This document shows positions 1-12,634 of a stretch of 64,000 nucleotides of DNA, one piece after another. Made by a program: the position numbers and the translations under genes. The first letter of the stretch is position 1; each line of letters begins with the position of its first letter. The stretch spans positions 225,680,001-225,744,000 of the forward strand of contig OZ024743.1 in the NCBI GenBank assembly GCA_964016885.1. Reading direction: 5' to 3'. The notes below the pieces were generated by a model. The model was not told where the DNA came from and did no database searches. It worked only from the letters and a program-made list of their open reading frames with translations. The DNA is from Eledone cirrhosa. Lineage: Eukaryota.

Positions 1-3000
1 AACAAACTGAACAGCCTGAATTTATGCCATACGGTGTTAAGGCAACCACGTCACCTTTTTGTTCAACACTGACACAGGAACGATGTACTAGTTTCAAGCT
101 TGTTAGCTATCATCAGCACCGTTTACCCATCTGCCAGATAGTTGAACGTTCGAAAGTATATACTTTCCTTATGAAAATTAACGGCTGAACAGCCTAATTT
201 GCATATTGAGTGAGTTAAATCGGTCAGGCATACCGAAAACGATAAATTGAAACAAAATGAAAACAAAATTTCATTTCTCACTCTTAGTATGGCACTTACT
301 TAAATGTAAGTATGCATGTATACGTACATACATATATGTATACAGACGTACAGTAGCATGCACATATATATATATATATACATATATATATACATATGCA
401 TACAGGTACACATACATATATGCACGTATCAGTTTAGCGGCGCTAACGTCGCTTTGTTCGTTTGTAAACAAACTGAACAGCCTGAATTTATGCCATACGG
501 TGTTAAGGCAACCACGTCACCTTTTTGTTCAACACTGACACAGGAACGATGTACTAGTTTCAAGCTTGTTAGCTATCATCAGCACCGTTTACCCATCTGC
601 CAGATAGTTGAACGTTCGAAAGTATATACTTTCCTTATGAAAATTAACGGCTGAGCAGCCTAATTTGCATATTGAGTGAGTTAAATCGGTCAGGCATACC
701 GAAAACGATAAATTGAAACAAAATGAAAACAAAATTTCATTTCTCACTCTTAGTATGGCACTTACTTAAATGTAAGTATGCATGTATACGTACATACATA
801 TATGTATACAGACGTACAGTAGCATGCACATATATATATATATATACATATATATATACATATGCATACAGGTACACATACATATATGCACGTATCAGTT
901 TAGCGGCGCTAACGTCGCTTTGTTCGTTTGTAAACAAACTGAACAGCCTGAATTTATGCCATACGGCAGATGGGTAAACGGTGCTGATGATAGCTAACAA
1001 GCTTGAAACTAGTACATCGTTCCTGTGTCAGTGTTGAACAAAAAGGTGACGTGGTTGCCTTAACACCGTATGGCATAAATTCAGGCTGTTCAGTTTGTTT
1101 ACAAACGAACAAAGCGACGTTAGCGCCGCTAAACTGATACGTGCATATATGTATGTGTACCTGTATGCATATGTATATATATATGTATATATATATATAT
1201 ATGTGCATGCTACTGTACGTCTGTATACATATATGTATGTACGTATACATGCATACTTACATTTAAGTAAGTGCCATACTAAGAGTGAGAAATGAAATTT
1301 TGTTTTCATTTTGTTTCAATTTATCGTTTTCGGTATGCCTGACCGATTTAACTCACTCAATATGCAAATTAGGCTGCTCAGCCGTTAATTTTCATAAGGA
1401 AAGTATATACTTTCGAACGTTCAACTATCTGGCAGATGGGTAAACGGTGCTGATGATAGCTAACAAGCTTGAAACTAGTACATCGTTCCTGTGTCAGTGT
1501 TGAACAAAAAGGTGACGTGGTTGCCTTAACACCGTATGGCATAAATTCAGGCTGTTCAGTTTGTTTACAAACGAACAAAGCGACGTTAGCGCCGCTAAAC
1601 TGATACGTGCATATATGTATGTGTACCTGTATGCATATGTATATATATATGTATATATATATATATATGTGCATGCTACTGTACGTCTGTATACATATAT
1701 GTATGTACGTATACATGCATACTTACATTTAAGTAAGTGCCATACTAAGAGTGAGAAATGAAATTTTGTTTTCATTTTGTTTCAATTTATCGTTTTCGGT
1801 ATGCCTGACCGATTTAACTCACTCAATATGCAAATTAGGCTGCTCAGCCGTTAATTTTCATAAGGAAAGTATATACTTTCGAACGTTCAACTATCTGGCA
1901 GATGGGTAAACGGTGCTGATGATAGCTAACAAGCTTGAAACTAGTACATCGTTCCTGTGTCAGTGTTGAACAAAAAGGTGACGTGGTTGCCTTAACACCG
2001 TATGGCATAAATTCAGGCTGTTCAGTTTGTTTACAAACGAACAAAGCGACGTTAGCGCCGCTAAACTGATACGTGCATATATGTATGTGTACCTGTATGC
2101 ATATGTATATATATATGTATATATATATATATATGTGCATGCTACTGTACGTCTGTATACATATATGTATGTACGTATACATGCATACTTACATTTAAGT
2201 AAGTGCCATACTAAGAGTGAGAAATGAAATTTTGTTTTCATTTTGTTTCAATTTATCGTTTTCGGTATGCCTGACCGATTTAACTCACTCAATATGCAAA
2301 TTAGGCTGCTCAGCCGTTAATTTTCATAAGGAAAGTATATACTTTCGAACGTTCAACTATCTGGCAGATGGGTAAACGGTGCTGATGATAGCTAACAAGC
2401 TTGAAACTAGTACATCGTTCCTGTGTCAGTGTTGAACAAAAAGGTGACGTGGTTGCCTTAACACCGTATGGCATAAATTCAGGCTGTTCAGTTTGTTTAC
2501 AAACGAACAAAGCGACGTTAGCGCCGCTAAACTGATACGTGCATATATGTATGTGTACCTGTATGCATATGTATATATATATGTATATATATATATATAT
2601 GTGCATGATACTGTACGTCTGTATACATATATGTATGTACGTATACATGCATACTTACATTTAAGTAAGTGCCATACTAAGAGTGAGAAATGAAATTTTG
2701 TTTTCATTTTGTTTCAATTTATCGTTTTCGGTATGCCTGACCGATTTAACTCACTCAATATGCAAATTAGGCTGCTCAGCCGTTAATTTTCATAAGGAAA
2801 GTATATACTTTCGAACGTTCAACTATCTGGCAGATGGGTAAACGGTGCTGATGATAGCTAACAAGCTTGAAACTAGTACATCGTTCCTGTGTCAGTGTTG
2901 AACAAAAAGGTGACGTGGTTGCCTTAACACCGTATGGCATAAATTCAGGCTGTTCAGTTTGTTTACAAACGAACAAAGCGACGTTAGCGCCGCTAAACTG

Positions 3001-3127
3001 ATACGTGCATATATGTATGTGTACCTGTATGCATATGTATATATATATGTATATATATATATATATGTGCATGCTACTGTACGTCTGTATACATATATGT
3101 ATGTACGTATACATGCATACTTACATT

Positions 3128-3128
<1 letters not shown>
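1..3128. repeat. Tandem array of a 466-bp hammerhead-containing unit (retrozyme/PLE pLTR-like) with one internal inversion at ~966
   Basis: Period 466 (AACAAACTGA at 1, 467, 933; CAGATGGG at 967, 1433, 1899, 2365, 2831). 1-966 is the reverse complement of the units in 967-3128. The right end runs into (TA)n. Only two variants seen (189, 2608). The left arm runs off the window edge. Confidence 0.97.
977..1021 (+). ncRNA. Type I hammerhead ribozyme (also 1443-1487, 1909-1953, 2375-2419, 2841-2885 on +; 79-123 and 545-589 on -)
   Basis: AACGGTG-CTGATGA-T-AGCT-AACA-AGCT-T-GAAA-CTAG-TA^-CATCGTT. 7-bp stem I, 4-bp stem II, palindromic minimal stem III (ACTAGT). Predicted cleavage GUA after 1014. 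Confidence 0.9.
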
Positions 3129-3178
<50 letters not shown>

Positions 3179-3184
<6 letters not shown>

Positions 3185-3345
3185 AAGTTTGTCCTTCATC
3201 AGTGGTCTTCCAACCGTCATAGGCATTTCATCGCTTTAAAGACCATATTTTAAAGCGATGAAATGCCTAGGACGGTTGGAAGACCACTGATGAAGGACAA
3301 ACTTTTTCATATGTAACCCATTTGCAACGCCGCAGCTCCATTATT

Positions 3346-3349
<4 letters not shown>
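3179..3349. mobile_element. Fold-back insert in (TA)n (inverted arms plus ~39-nt tail), PLE-terminus-like
   Basis: 3179-3240 is the reverse complement of ~3249-3310 with 1 mismatch, followed by a unique tail. (TA)n on both sides. Contains CTGATGA but no complete HHR. Confidence 0.75.
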
Positions 3350-3387
<38 letters not shown>

Positions 3388-3391
<4 letters not shown>

Positions 3392-3595
3392 AACAAGTAG
3401 GACCCCGACGACTGAGCTCAAGCCGTTTCGACGGCTAATTCTGGACTAAATCATTTAGTCCAGAATTAGCTGTCGAAACGGCTTGAGCTCAACCGTCTGG
3501 GTCCTACTTGTTCCTATTACCCACTCTACTACCCTAAGTATTGAGTACTTTGGTGCGTTATGGTCCATCTGGTTCCTTACCACATTTCCTTCGTT
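3388..3595. mobile_element. Fold-back insert in (TA)n, family A (3' half of HHR plus ~80-nt tail)
   Basis: TAGGAACAAG...CTAAAT/C/ATTTAG...CTTGTTCCTA then a tail ending CCTTCGTT-(TA)n. Homologous to 7643-7829 and 16963-17303. Confidence 0.85.
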
Positions 3596-3623
3596 ATATA
3601 TATATATATACATACATATATAT

Positions 3624-4081
3624 ATGGTGGCTGCCAACTCGTTTTCGAGTACGGCCACTACTTTATATCCATGTAGGAGAACCCCTACCGATGTGCTAAA
3701 CGAGTGTGACTTTTTAGTCCAGCCAGCGACTTGAAAACTCTGGTACAAACACTACACCTATGACAATTATTGACACATAGTGCTGGGCCCATGGTACCAT
3801 GTAACGACAAGTGCAGAGAGATCTCCAGATATAAAGCAATGCCTGTGCCGTGAAGCTTTTATAGTGAGCAAAGGCACTGCACAAAGCCAGTCCCACTCTC
3901 TTAACCAAGATGATATTTACCAAAAAGAAGAACAAGTCAACATCATTGGATACCATCAGGGTTGCAGGTGTTATATCAGAGTTTTCCTTCTCCTAGAATT
4001 CTGCCTTGACAAAGGCTAAGGGGTCATCTCTCCCGGTGATTTTGGATGGCCATTGACTCTCAAGAGCTCCTTTGCCCTTTG
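3624..4081 (-). mobile_element. Non-autonomous RTE-derived short element, 5'-truncated
   Basis: Near-identical to 7949-8537, 19439-20048, 51817-52420 and 55573-56182. 3' end GCAGCCACCAT abuts (TA/TATG)n. Confidence 0.8.
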
Positions 4082-4123
4082 ATATATATATATACATATA
4101 TATATACATATATACATATATAT

Positions 4124-4194
<71 letters not shown>

Positions 4195-4273
4195 TATATA
4201 CACATATATATCTACATATATATATATTTATTTATATATATATCTATATATACATACATACACACACACACAT

Positions 4274-4305
<32 letters not shown>

Positions 4306-4631
4306 GATTATAAATATAAATATATATGTATATATGACTAAAGTTATGCCTACGTGTATTCTATTTCAAAGTAGAGTAGCACTTACCTTCTGTCATGAGA
4401 GCCTCCATATTCACAATAGCACACCTACCCAGATAGAACATTACGGCCAGGTAAAATGTAACATTGATTATCTTCATCATGATGTTATTTTTTTCGTTCT
4501 GAAAACTCGACAGGAGATTGTTCGCTAGCGAGAGAAAGTTGGCAAAGTGGTGTAAGTGGTGGCAGCTAATGTATGAAGTGTTCTTTATTTATACGATTTA
4601 ACTACATCCGTGATTATGATTTTATTTTTCA

Positions 4632-6130
4632 CTAGCAGAATGGCTCGGCGTTGCTCGGGCTTCTAAACATAGACTGCTATGTTTATCCCCCCTTTCTGAA
4701 ACAGTACATAGAAGTACGGAATACCTCGGCCTGGGAGTGGTTTCTACATTTTGTGCTTAGACAAATAATTTTCCATTAAGATTTTTCAAAAGCATGTAAT
4801 TGCGTTCCCTCTCGTGTTTGTTTTTGTTTTTGCTGCTGTTGGTGTGATTGCAGCCGTTGGTCGTACTACTAACACAGCCTCGTCCTTCTTCAACCAATCG
4901 TGTATATCCCCTTATGTCTCGTCTACCTAAACAATAATTGTAGCACCTCCTTGTACACAATGTTCCTTGTTCTTCCGTGTCGGGCATATGCAAAGAGATT
5001 TGTCTTGCTTCCCATTCTTGAGCAGCCAACGTATAGTTGCCCGTGACGAATTTATTCCTAGTTGGTAATTGGTAAAGAAAATAAAAATTTTTCCGCTTAA
5101 CGTCAGCGTACGTGATTTTATCATAGCGGGCTTTTTCTAAAAAGATCCACTATTTCTATCTACTGGGGTTAGTGGAAATGTCTCAGGATATGTTATCAAA
5201 AAATTAGTAACTGACACTTACCGATTGAAAAATAAGCCGATCGTCGGAATGGTAATCTCAACTGTAATTGGTAACCTGGGCTAGCTTTCCTCGCTTATGT
5301 ACCAAGATAAATAGAAATTACCGCTTAACGCCAGCGTATGTGATTTTTGATATAGGTGTGGGGATCTTTTTGGAGGGGGCTTTCTAAAAAGATCCATTAT
5401 TTCTATCTATGTACGTAATGGGGCATATGGCTTGGTACTAACACCAATAATAATGTGTGCAACGGGGGTAAGTGATTATGTCTCAGGAAGTATTGCAAAA
5501 AAATATTAAAGTAACAGGGGTAAGTGGGAATGTCTCTGGATTGTTAGCCAAAAAATTAGTAAATGACACTGATTGAAAAATAAGCCGACCGTCGGAAAGG
5601 TATTCTCAAGTGTAATTGTTAATCTGGGCTGGCTTGCCTCGCTTATATTATATATTAAAATAACAGATTAAAGTTTAAGCAAAGAATCGCTGTTTTCACC
5701 CTTAACGGGAACTTCTGAAACTAAAAAAAAAATCAATCTGTGAACGCAGAAGTAAATATTTAGAAAAACGTTGCAACCGAAGGAAAACAGGAAGACGATA
5801 CTTTGGTTCATGAAGACGTTCCTTGGCAATGAACGGAAAATAGCGAAGGTAATAGGTCAGCAATGACGTGTTTGTCATAATGTCGTAATGCAGACAGCCA
5901 GACATACATACAGATATTATATGGGCGCGACGGAGATCGATAACCGGCGCCTAACACCCCTTTAAGAATAGAACATTGAAAAATAAAAGCCACAGTTAAT
6001 ATCGTTAGACCACATGGAATATATAAATGCAAGTTTGAAGTCAATCGGAGTAGAAAGGTGGAATTGTATAGACTTTCCAAAATTAGGACACACACACACA
6101 GACAACTACAGTTTTATATATATGTATAGA
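4632..6130 (-). mobile_element. Non-autonomous Helitron
   Basis: On the minus strand it begins A^TC at 6130 and ends with an imperfect hairpin (CCCGAGCAACGCCGAG) then CTAG^T at 4632. Contains a helicase remnant and an internal duplication (~5089-5310 vs ~5320-5645). Confidence 0.8.
4940..5048 (-). pseudogene. Helitron RepHel PIF1-helicase C-terminal remnant
   Basis: Manual translation RHGQLYVGCSRMGSKTNLFAYARHGRTRNIVYKEVL matches the HGQLYVAxSRV...TxNIVYxEVL end of Helitron helicases. Confidence 0.8.
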
Positions 6131-6173
6131 TTTCAGAAAGGCGTTTGCTTTTGTCATGCTTAACAATCATTAC

Positions 6174-6385
6174 GGCGGTGGATTGGCAGAATCGGTAGAG
6201 CATCGGTCACCATGCTTAGCAGCATAGAGTTATGGCCCTTTATGTTCTGAGTTTAAATCTCGCCGAGGCTAGCTTTGCCTCTAATCCTTACGGGGTTGAT
6301 AAAATAATGTACCAGTAATGCATTAGGGTCGATTTAATCAATTTCGACTTCTCCAAAAATTGTTGGCCTTGTGTCTGAAAAAAAC
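6174..6385 (+). mobile_element. tRNA-derived SINE (family 1)
   Basis: A-box-like TGGCAGAATCGG, B-box-like GAGTTTAAATC, core GCCT..ATCCTTACGGGGT.GATAAAAT. Homologous to other copies in the window. Confidence 0.75.
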
Positions 6386-7546
6386 CCATCATTGGATGGT
6401 ATGTTGGTAAACAACGTTTGTCTCTCTGTGTTAGTGTTTATGTGTGTGTGTATATGTGTGTGCATTAGTTATTGTTATGGCTGTTATTTATATTACAAAA
6501 TGTATCATTTTCGGACATGAGATTGTAGGTGTTATTATCTATGTCTTCGAATGTTTGTTTCGACATAGTTTTGGGTCAATAGCCGGATCCGTCCTACTCA
6601 CGACGACGACTGTTCAACAAAGCTCAATTGTTCTCTTCTAACTCGAGTGGGAGCGCCTTTCCATTGTCTTTTGATGCGTGCAGCTGGAACTATTGCCACC
6701 CATTGATTTGGCAGGATTTTTTTTTTAGGCAAAATGGGGAGATTTTGCATAATGAAAGCTACACCCATTTTCAGTTGAGAAGACATATCTCACCGACCTC
6801 AAAGGCTATTGAAAATCTCCCCATCGGACGGGGAGAGTTGACAGGTCAGACGTATGTATAGAGTGGTTTTGTTGCTCTGCACATTTTGGTTAGGCCCAGG
6901 TGACGGCAATTCTGTTTCTGCAAAGATTGTTTTGAACTTGCAATGCCTCCTAGTAACACTGCAGGCCAAGAATTTCTGAAAATTATTCATAGTTCCCTGA
7001 CTTGAAAGTTGTCTGGAACAGCCTATCTAGTTAACTTTTGTTGACATTAGGAAACATGTTTGTATTGCAGATGCAGTCATAACATATCCGGCGGAAATAT
7101 ATTACAAACTGATAATGTAAAAAACAGCAAGATTTTATGAAGCCAGATAATATGACGTCATGTCAGGCTATTAATAACTTAATATAAGGAGACCTTCAAG
7201 CCTTTGCCGACCAGATAGAAGTCAATACGTTTGGCCCAAATTTGTGAACTTTAAACTTGGAAATGCGCCCATAAAATGTTTCGTAAAAAAAATTGGAGAT
7301 TACACTCTCCGCCACATCCAGCTAGAGCGGAAAAATGTTACTCAAGAAAAGCGTGCACTATGAAAACAATCCGGACAGCACTCTGAAAAGTAATAGTAAC
7401 AAAGTTCCCACCGTCACCACTATACAGACATGACCAACAGCAACAGCAATCACAGCAACGACAATAAAAACACCACAACAACAGCTATGATAACAGCAAC
7501 AATTTAGCACGAGAAAATTATATGTATTTGTATGTATGTATGTATG

Positions 7547-7586
<40 letters not shown>

Positions 7587-7609
7587 CATACATACATACA
7601 TACATACAT

Positions 7610-7642
<33 letters not shown>

Positions 7643-7646
<4 letters not shown>

Positions 7647-7829
7647 AAAAGAGGTCAGGACCCCCCCCCCCTATAGCTGAGCTCCGACCGTTTCGACAGC
7701 TATTTTTGAACTGTTCAGAAATAGCTGTGGAAACGGCCGGAGCTCAGCCGTCGGGTCCTGGCTATTTTCCTATTACCCACTCTGGTGCGTTATGGTCCAC
7801 CTGGTTCCTTACCACAATTCCTTCGTTTT
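7643..7829. mobile_element. Fold-back insert in (TA)n, family A (diverged)
   Basis: Same start (TAGGAA) and end (CCTTCGTT) as 3388-3595. Arms fold at ~7711. (TA)n on both sides. Confidence 0.8.
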
Positions 7830-7852
7830 ATATATATGAATATATATATATA

Positions 7853-7929
<77 letters not shown>

Positions 7930-7948
7930 GTGTATGTATGTATATTAT

Positions 7949-8536
7949 GTCAGGTCACCAGTTGGTGCTACTGGTAACATGTATCCCAGTACAACCTCTC
8001 TCATGGTCGGCAACCCCACCAAGGTTTTTTGGTGAGGAGGGTGACTTTGGACATCCTGCAGGACTAAAAACAAAACCTGTCAAAGGGCAAAGGAGCTCTT
8101 AAGAGTCAATGGCCATCCAAAATCACCGGGAGAGATGACCCCTTAGCCTTTGTCAAGGCAGAATTATAGGAGAAGGAAAACTCTGATATAACACCTGCAA
8201 CCCTGATGATATCCAATGATGTTGACTTGTTCTCCTTTTTGGTAAATATCATCTTGGGTTAAGAGCGAGGGACTGGCCTTGTGCAGTGCCTTTGCTCATT
8301 ATAAAAGCTTCACAGCACAGGCATTGCTTTATATCTGGAGATCTCTCTGCACTTGTCGTTACATGGTACCATGGGCCCAGCACTATGTGTCAATAATTGT
8401 CACAAGTGTAGTGTTTGTACCAGAGTTTTCAAGTCGCTTGCTGGACTAAAAAGTTACTCGTTCAGCGCATTGGTAGGGGTTCTCCTATATGGATATAAAG
8501 TAGTGGCCGTACTCGAAAACGAGTTGGCAGCCACCA

Positions 8537-8537
<1 letters not shown>
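7949..8537 (+). mobile_element. Non-autonomous RTE-derived short element (~590 bp)
   Basis: 5' GTCAGGTCACCAG, 3' GGCAGCCACCAT plus simple repeat. Encodes CSVCTRVFKSLAGLKS, like the RTE zinc finger near 25320 (KECKSLAGVKSH). Confidence 0.8.
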
Positions 8538-8579
<42 letters not shown>

Positions 8580-8592
8580 ATGTATGTATGTA

Positions 8593-8651
<59 letters not shown>

Positions 8652-8654
8652 ATA

Positions 8655-10357
8655 ACCTGACAAAGGGCGGAAGAACTCATAAGAATCAACAGCCATCCAA
8701 AAATGTGTAAATATGTATATACAGGTTGCGGATGGTATTTGAAGAACAGATTCATGGTTAAAAAAGGTTATATATTAAAAGAAAAAACTGTATTCTTATA
8801 AAAATAACATAAACATAAAGCTACTTTAATAATTTCATTCAATAAAACCACCATAAGCATCAATAACTGCCTCTATGCGGGGTCGAAATCGTTTACAAGC
8901 TCGGATTAAATGGTCCTTGTTCATATCGGACATGACTCGAATTATGACGGCTTTCAAAGAATCTTTAGTGCTATGGGGTGTTCATTGACATTTTTCTCAA
9001 CAGTGCTCCGTACATAGTAGTCCAGTGGATTGAGATCTGGAGAATTAGGAGGACAAATGTTGGGATGATGTGATCATGCAAATTGTCGGCCATCCATTCT
9101 TGTTTCATTTGAGCCTTGTGTGATGGTGCAGAATCTTGTTGAAAGACATAAGGCCTTCCATTGCATACACTGTTGATCCAAGGCTTAACAACTTTATCCA
9201 GAACCTCAATATACGCAGCAGTATTCCCCCTAAGGCCTTGTGGAAAAAAGTGAGGAGGCATCACATATCCTTCATTGCTAACAACACCCAAAACCATGAC
9301 ACTTGCAGGAAATTTTGTGTGCATTACACTTGGAACCTCAGCACATAGGGTCAGCACATAGCCACCTGTCATTTATTCTGTTAGTTTTCTGGTCCTGTTC
9401 AAAGTTTTTCTCATCTGAGAAAAAACAAATCACACAATCTTCTGATGGATTTGTAAGTTTGTTCAAAAGTCTTTTGGGTCTGATTAAACGGTTTTGTTTT
9501 GTCTTTTCTGACATGAATTGACCTCTCCTCATCACGTAAGATTTGTATCTGATGTCTTCATATACAACATTTCTGATTGTTTTTTTTCTGACACACCAAA
9601 TTTTTTTGCAATTGACCTCATTGATTTTCCTGGATTGTCATCAATGTTTTGCATAACTTCCTGAATAAATTCAGGTGTCCTGATAGAATCAGAGCGTTTG
9701 GAATGTTTTTTACGTTTTGATACAGGTAATACACTTCCATCTACTTTCTCTAACTCACACCGAATCTTGTGGACAAAAGATTTTGCAACTTTCAGAAAAC
9801 GAGAAATTTCTAAATCACCATGCTTAATCTTCAAAGCCATAATCACAACATGCCTTTTCATTTCATTAGTAAGCATAGTTATTTTCATTGTTAGTTTCTG
9901 AAATAGAAGTTCAATAAAAATTAGCCAAATAAAATAATGACTAAAAATGCATGTGTCCTCAAATACCGTCCGCACGTATATACACGTATACATATGCGTA
10001 TATATACGCGGTGACATAGAAATAATTGGGCTGGATACCCGATCGCGTGGTTAAACCACTGGAAGTGAAGGACCCCTAGCCTTTGTCAGGGCATTCTTCT
10101 AGGAGAAGGCAATTCAGGAAATTGGGATAGCTCCAACATGAAACCTGCGGCTCAGTAGTTACCGATGATGTTGATCTTTTCTTCTTTTCGGGTAATAGCT
10201 ACTGTCGTTCAGAGAGTGGGATTGGCTCAGTGCACAGTATTTCCTCACTTTAAAAAAAATGTTCATGCATAGGCATTGCATGATAGAATTAATGAATAAT
10301 TATTAATAATGGTATATCGTGCAATAGCCTGACTCGATAACGAGGACGCAGCCATCA
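8655..10357 (+). mobile_element. RTE-derived short element (second subfamily) interrupted by a maT transposon
   Basis: 8655-8720 plus 9977-10357 is colinear with the uninterrupted copy at 51103-51796 (-). Ends GCAGCCATCA then (GTAT)n. Confidence 0.75.
8722..9976 (-). mobile_element. Tc1/mariner superfamily, DD37D (maT-like) transposon, frameshifted
   Basis: Imperfect ~30-bp TIRs (TGCGGAYGGTATTTGARGA) with TA on both sides. Transposase pieces: HTH (SMRSIAKKFGVS), FFSDEKNF, FQQDSAPSH, SPDLNPLDY with about 37 aa spacing across a frameshift, ending GGFIE* near 8835. Confidence 0.9.
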
Positions 10358-10447
10358 GGTATGTATGTATGTATGTATGTATGTATGTATGTATGTATGT
10401 ATGTATGTATGTATGTATGTATGTATGTATGTATGTATGTATGTATG

Positions 10448-10676
10448 TCTTCTCTCTTTTTATATTTTTTTGACCGGCCACCTTTCTGGTGGCAATGTTG
10501 TAAAAGAAAAGAAATTGCCATCCCTTGAATCGCAAGAATGTTTTGCAAATTTTGAAGGTGCCAGCTATCGCAGCCATTTGTAGACTATGAATTAGGGAGC
10601 TGCGCTTTTTGTCCACAAATCCAAGTTCAGTCATACTTTGGTCCAAGCGGGTTGGTATATAACCCATAGCACCAAT
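10448..10676 (-). mobile_element. 3' fragment of an REL-endonuclease non-LTR retrotransposon (R4/Dong-like) in (CATA)n
   Basis: IGAMGYIPTRL...LIHSLQMAAIAGTFKICKTF resembles the VIGALG...LQxAALxGT C-terminus. Tetranucleotide tracts on both sides. Confidence 0.6.
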
Positions 10677-11039
10677 GTATGTATGTATGTATGTATGTAT
10701 GTATGTATGTATGTATGTATGTATGTATGTATGTATGTATGTATGTATGTATGTATGTATGTATGCATGTATGTACACACACACTTCTCTATTCTGCAAG
10801 CTCCTAAACAATTTCTCTGTAGCCAGATTCATTCAGAAAGGAATGTTTTGATTCAATGCTTGATAAATGACAAGATTCAATATGATTGTAAAGCAAAATT
10901 CTTAAGCACTCGGCCATATTGCATTCACGTATAAATCCCTCCTCTCTCTATATATATATATCGACAGTCGATCGACTTTTGTCAAATCGGACCGAGGAAA
11001 CAACGTTTCCATTGGTCTTTCCAATTGCTAATACTATCT

Positions 11040-11302
11040 ATCGGTCGCAACTCCAGGTAGAAGGAGCAAGTGAAATAAAGTGTCTTGCCCAAGGACACAA
11101 CGCATCGCCCGGTTCGGGAATCGAACTCACAACCCCACGATTGCGAATCCAATTCTCTAAAGTGCTAGCAATATGTGTACATGACATAATTGTTTCTACT
11201 TTTGGCACAAGGCCAGCAATTACCCAGTGCATTACTGGTACTTTATTTTATCGACCCCGTAAGGATGAAAGGCAAAGTCAACCTCGACGGGATTTAAACT
11301 CA
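11040..11302 (-). mobile_element. Two SINE fragments (family 2 head, family 1 body)
   Basis: Reverse complement contains GAGTTCGATTCC and GTGTCCTTGGGCAAGACAC. 11187-11302 matches SINE family 1. Confidence 0.65.
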
Positions 11303-11599
11303 ATGTGTACATGAAATAATTACATTCTTCAGAAACTCAAAATTAACGAAAGAAATCTACTAACTTCAATTTACACAAAGGGAGTTTATGATAATGAAGT
11401 TCTGGAAAATTTCAAGCTGTTTGTAAACACAGAATAGACCTCGGTTGGTTTTTATCATGAGTGTTCCAGTCGTCCGATCAATGGAATAGCCTGCTCGTGA
11501 AATTACCATGCAAGTGACTGAGCATTCCATAGACTCGTGTTCTCGTAACGTAATTAAGTGACACACTTAGCGACTAGGCTGACTCACACTCCGTCTCGT

Positions 11600-12230
11600 A
11601 GCTAAACAGTGGCGCTTGGCTTAATTCAGTGCTTTCCCCATCAACCAGTATCCTTCTTGATGATGAGTGCACCTGCTTTAGAGTGGCACAGTGCCTCGGC
11701 CTTCGCATATGGGGAGCAGTTGTTGGCGGGTTCGGTCTGCACCTGTTGCCTTGCCGCCGTAGTGTAGGCCAGCTTCCCCGCCGTAGTGTAGGCCGCTCTG
11801 AAGGACAACATCAGAAGGAGCCTCCACTGTGATGATGGCAAACGCCCCGTCGGATTAACCTTCTACCCTTTTGAGGGAGGCAAATCCCTAATTTGCGACG
11901 CGATAGGCTGTGACTCGTTCTCCGCCCCCATCCTTGTCGCTTCGGCTACAAAACCAAGCCCCGCTGCTCGCAATGCCAAGGAGAGGAAGATAGTCAAATA
12001 TTGGGGCCTGATAAACCGCTTCTTCGTTGTACCGGTCTCCGTTGAGACCGGTCTCCGTTGAGACCTCTGGGGTCCTTAGTCTCAGGACTGCTGAATTCCT
12101 CGGTAAAGTCGGAGAGACAGTAACCCACTTGAGGAGGGAGCCTCGTGAGATCGGGTGGCTGCTGCAGCGGGTGTCTCTGGCAATTCTCCGCACTAATGCA
12201 TTTGCCATTTTGTCCGCGGTGTGCGGGTGA
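11600..12230 (+). pseudogene. CRE-clade non-LTR retrotransposon C-terminal (zinc knuckle/REL) remnant
   Basis: Manual translation GAWLNSV...LLDD...LGL; DGKRPVGLTFYPFEGGKSLICD; PVSVETSGVL...EPREIGWLLQRVSLAILRTNAFAIL. These are CRE-type REL motifs, frameshifted. Confidence 0.8.
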
Positions 12231-12634
12231 GGCACTGCTCAGACTGGCGTGTAGTGTTTGTGGAGTAAGTGATTCTTTCGGAGAAGCCGCTGTTGTTTAG
12301 GGCTGTAGTAGGCATGCTCTCGGGACCAACAGTGCAACACTCCAGCGGTGATATATCAAGCAGAATTGACCTCCACCAACCAGAACCTCCAAACTGAAGC
12401 CTGGACTTATGTCGGAAAGTCTGAGAGCCCGTTAAAAGTTCGTCTACTGAACCACGAAACAAACTTCAGATATCCTGACAAAAAACATAACACATAGCTC
12501 GCGAACCATTTGTGAAACCTAAAAAATAACGGCACAGCGTTCTCCATTAAATGAAGGATACTGGAAAAGTCAAATCCCTATGTCAATGGGGCGAAATTGT
12601 GCCAGCGTACATACACACATACATACATACATAC

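Noticed and set aside
257-3253. Repeated 66-112 aa ORFs in the 466-bp array
   Set aside because: They run through a TA-rich tract (YIYI) and show no domain; the conserved signal is RNA structure.
3255-3310. Hammerhead from GAAA (3260) and CTGATGA (3287)
   Set aside because: No compatible stems in type I, II or III topology by eye.
6600-7370. Possible host exon or transposase remnant (also 50100-50700)
   Set aside because: Short ORFs with no motif I can recognise.
7949-8030. HDV-like ribozyme at the 5' end of the RTE derivatives
   Set aside because: Hairpins are present (TACTGG/CCAGTA, CAGGT/ACCT) but I could not build the nested double pseudoknot.
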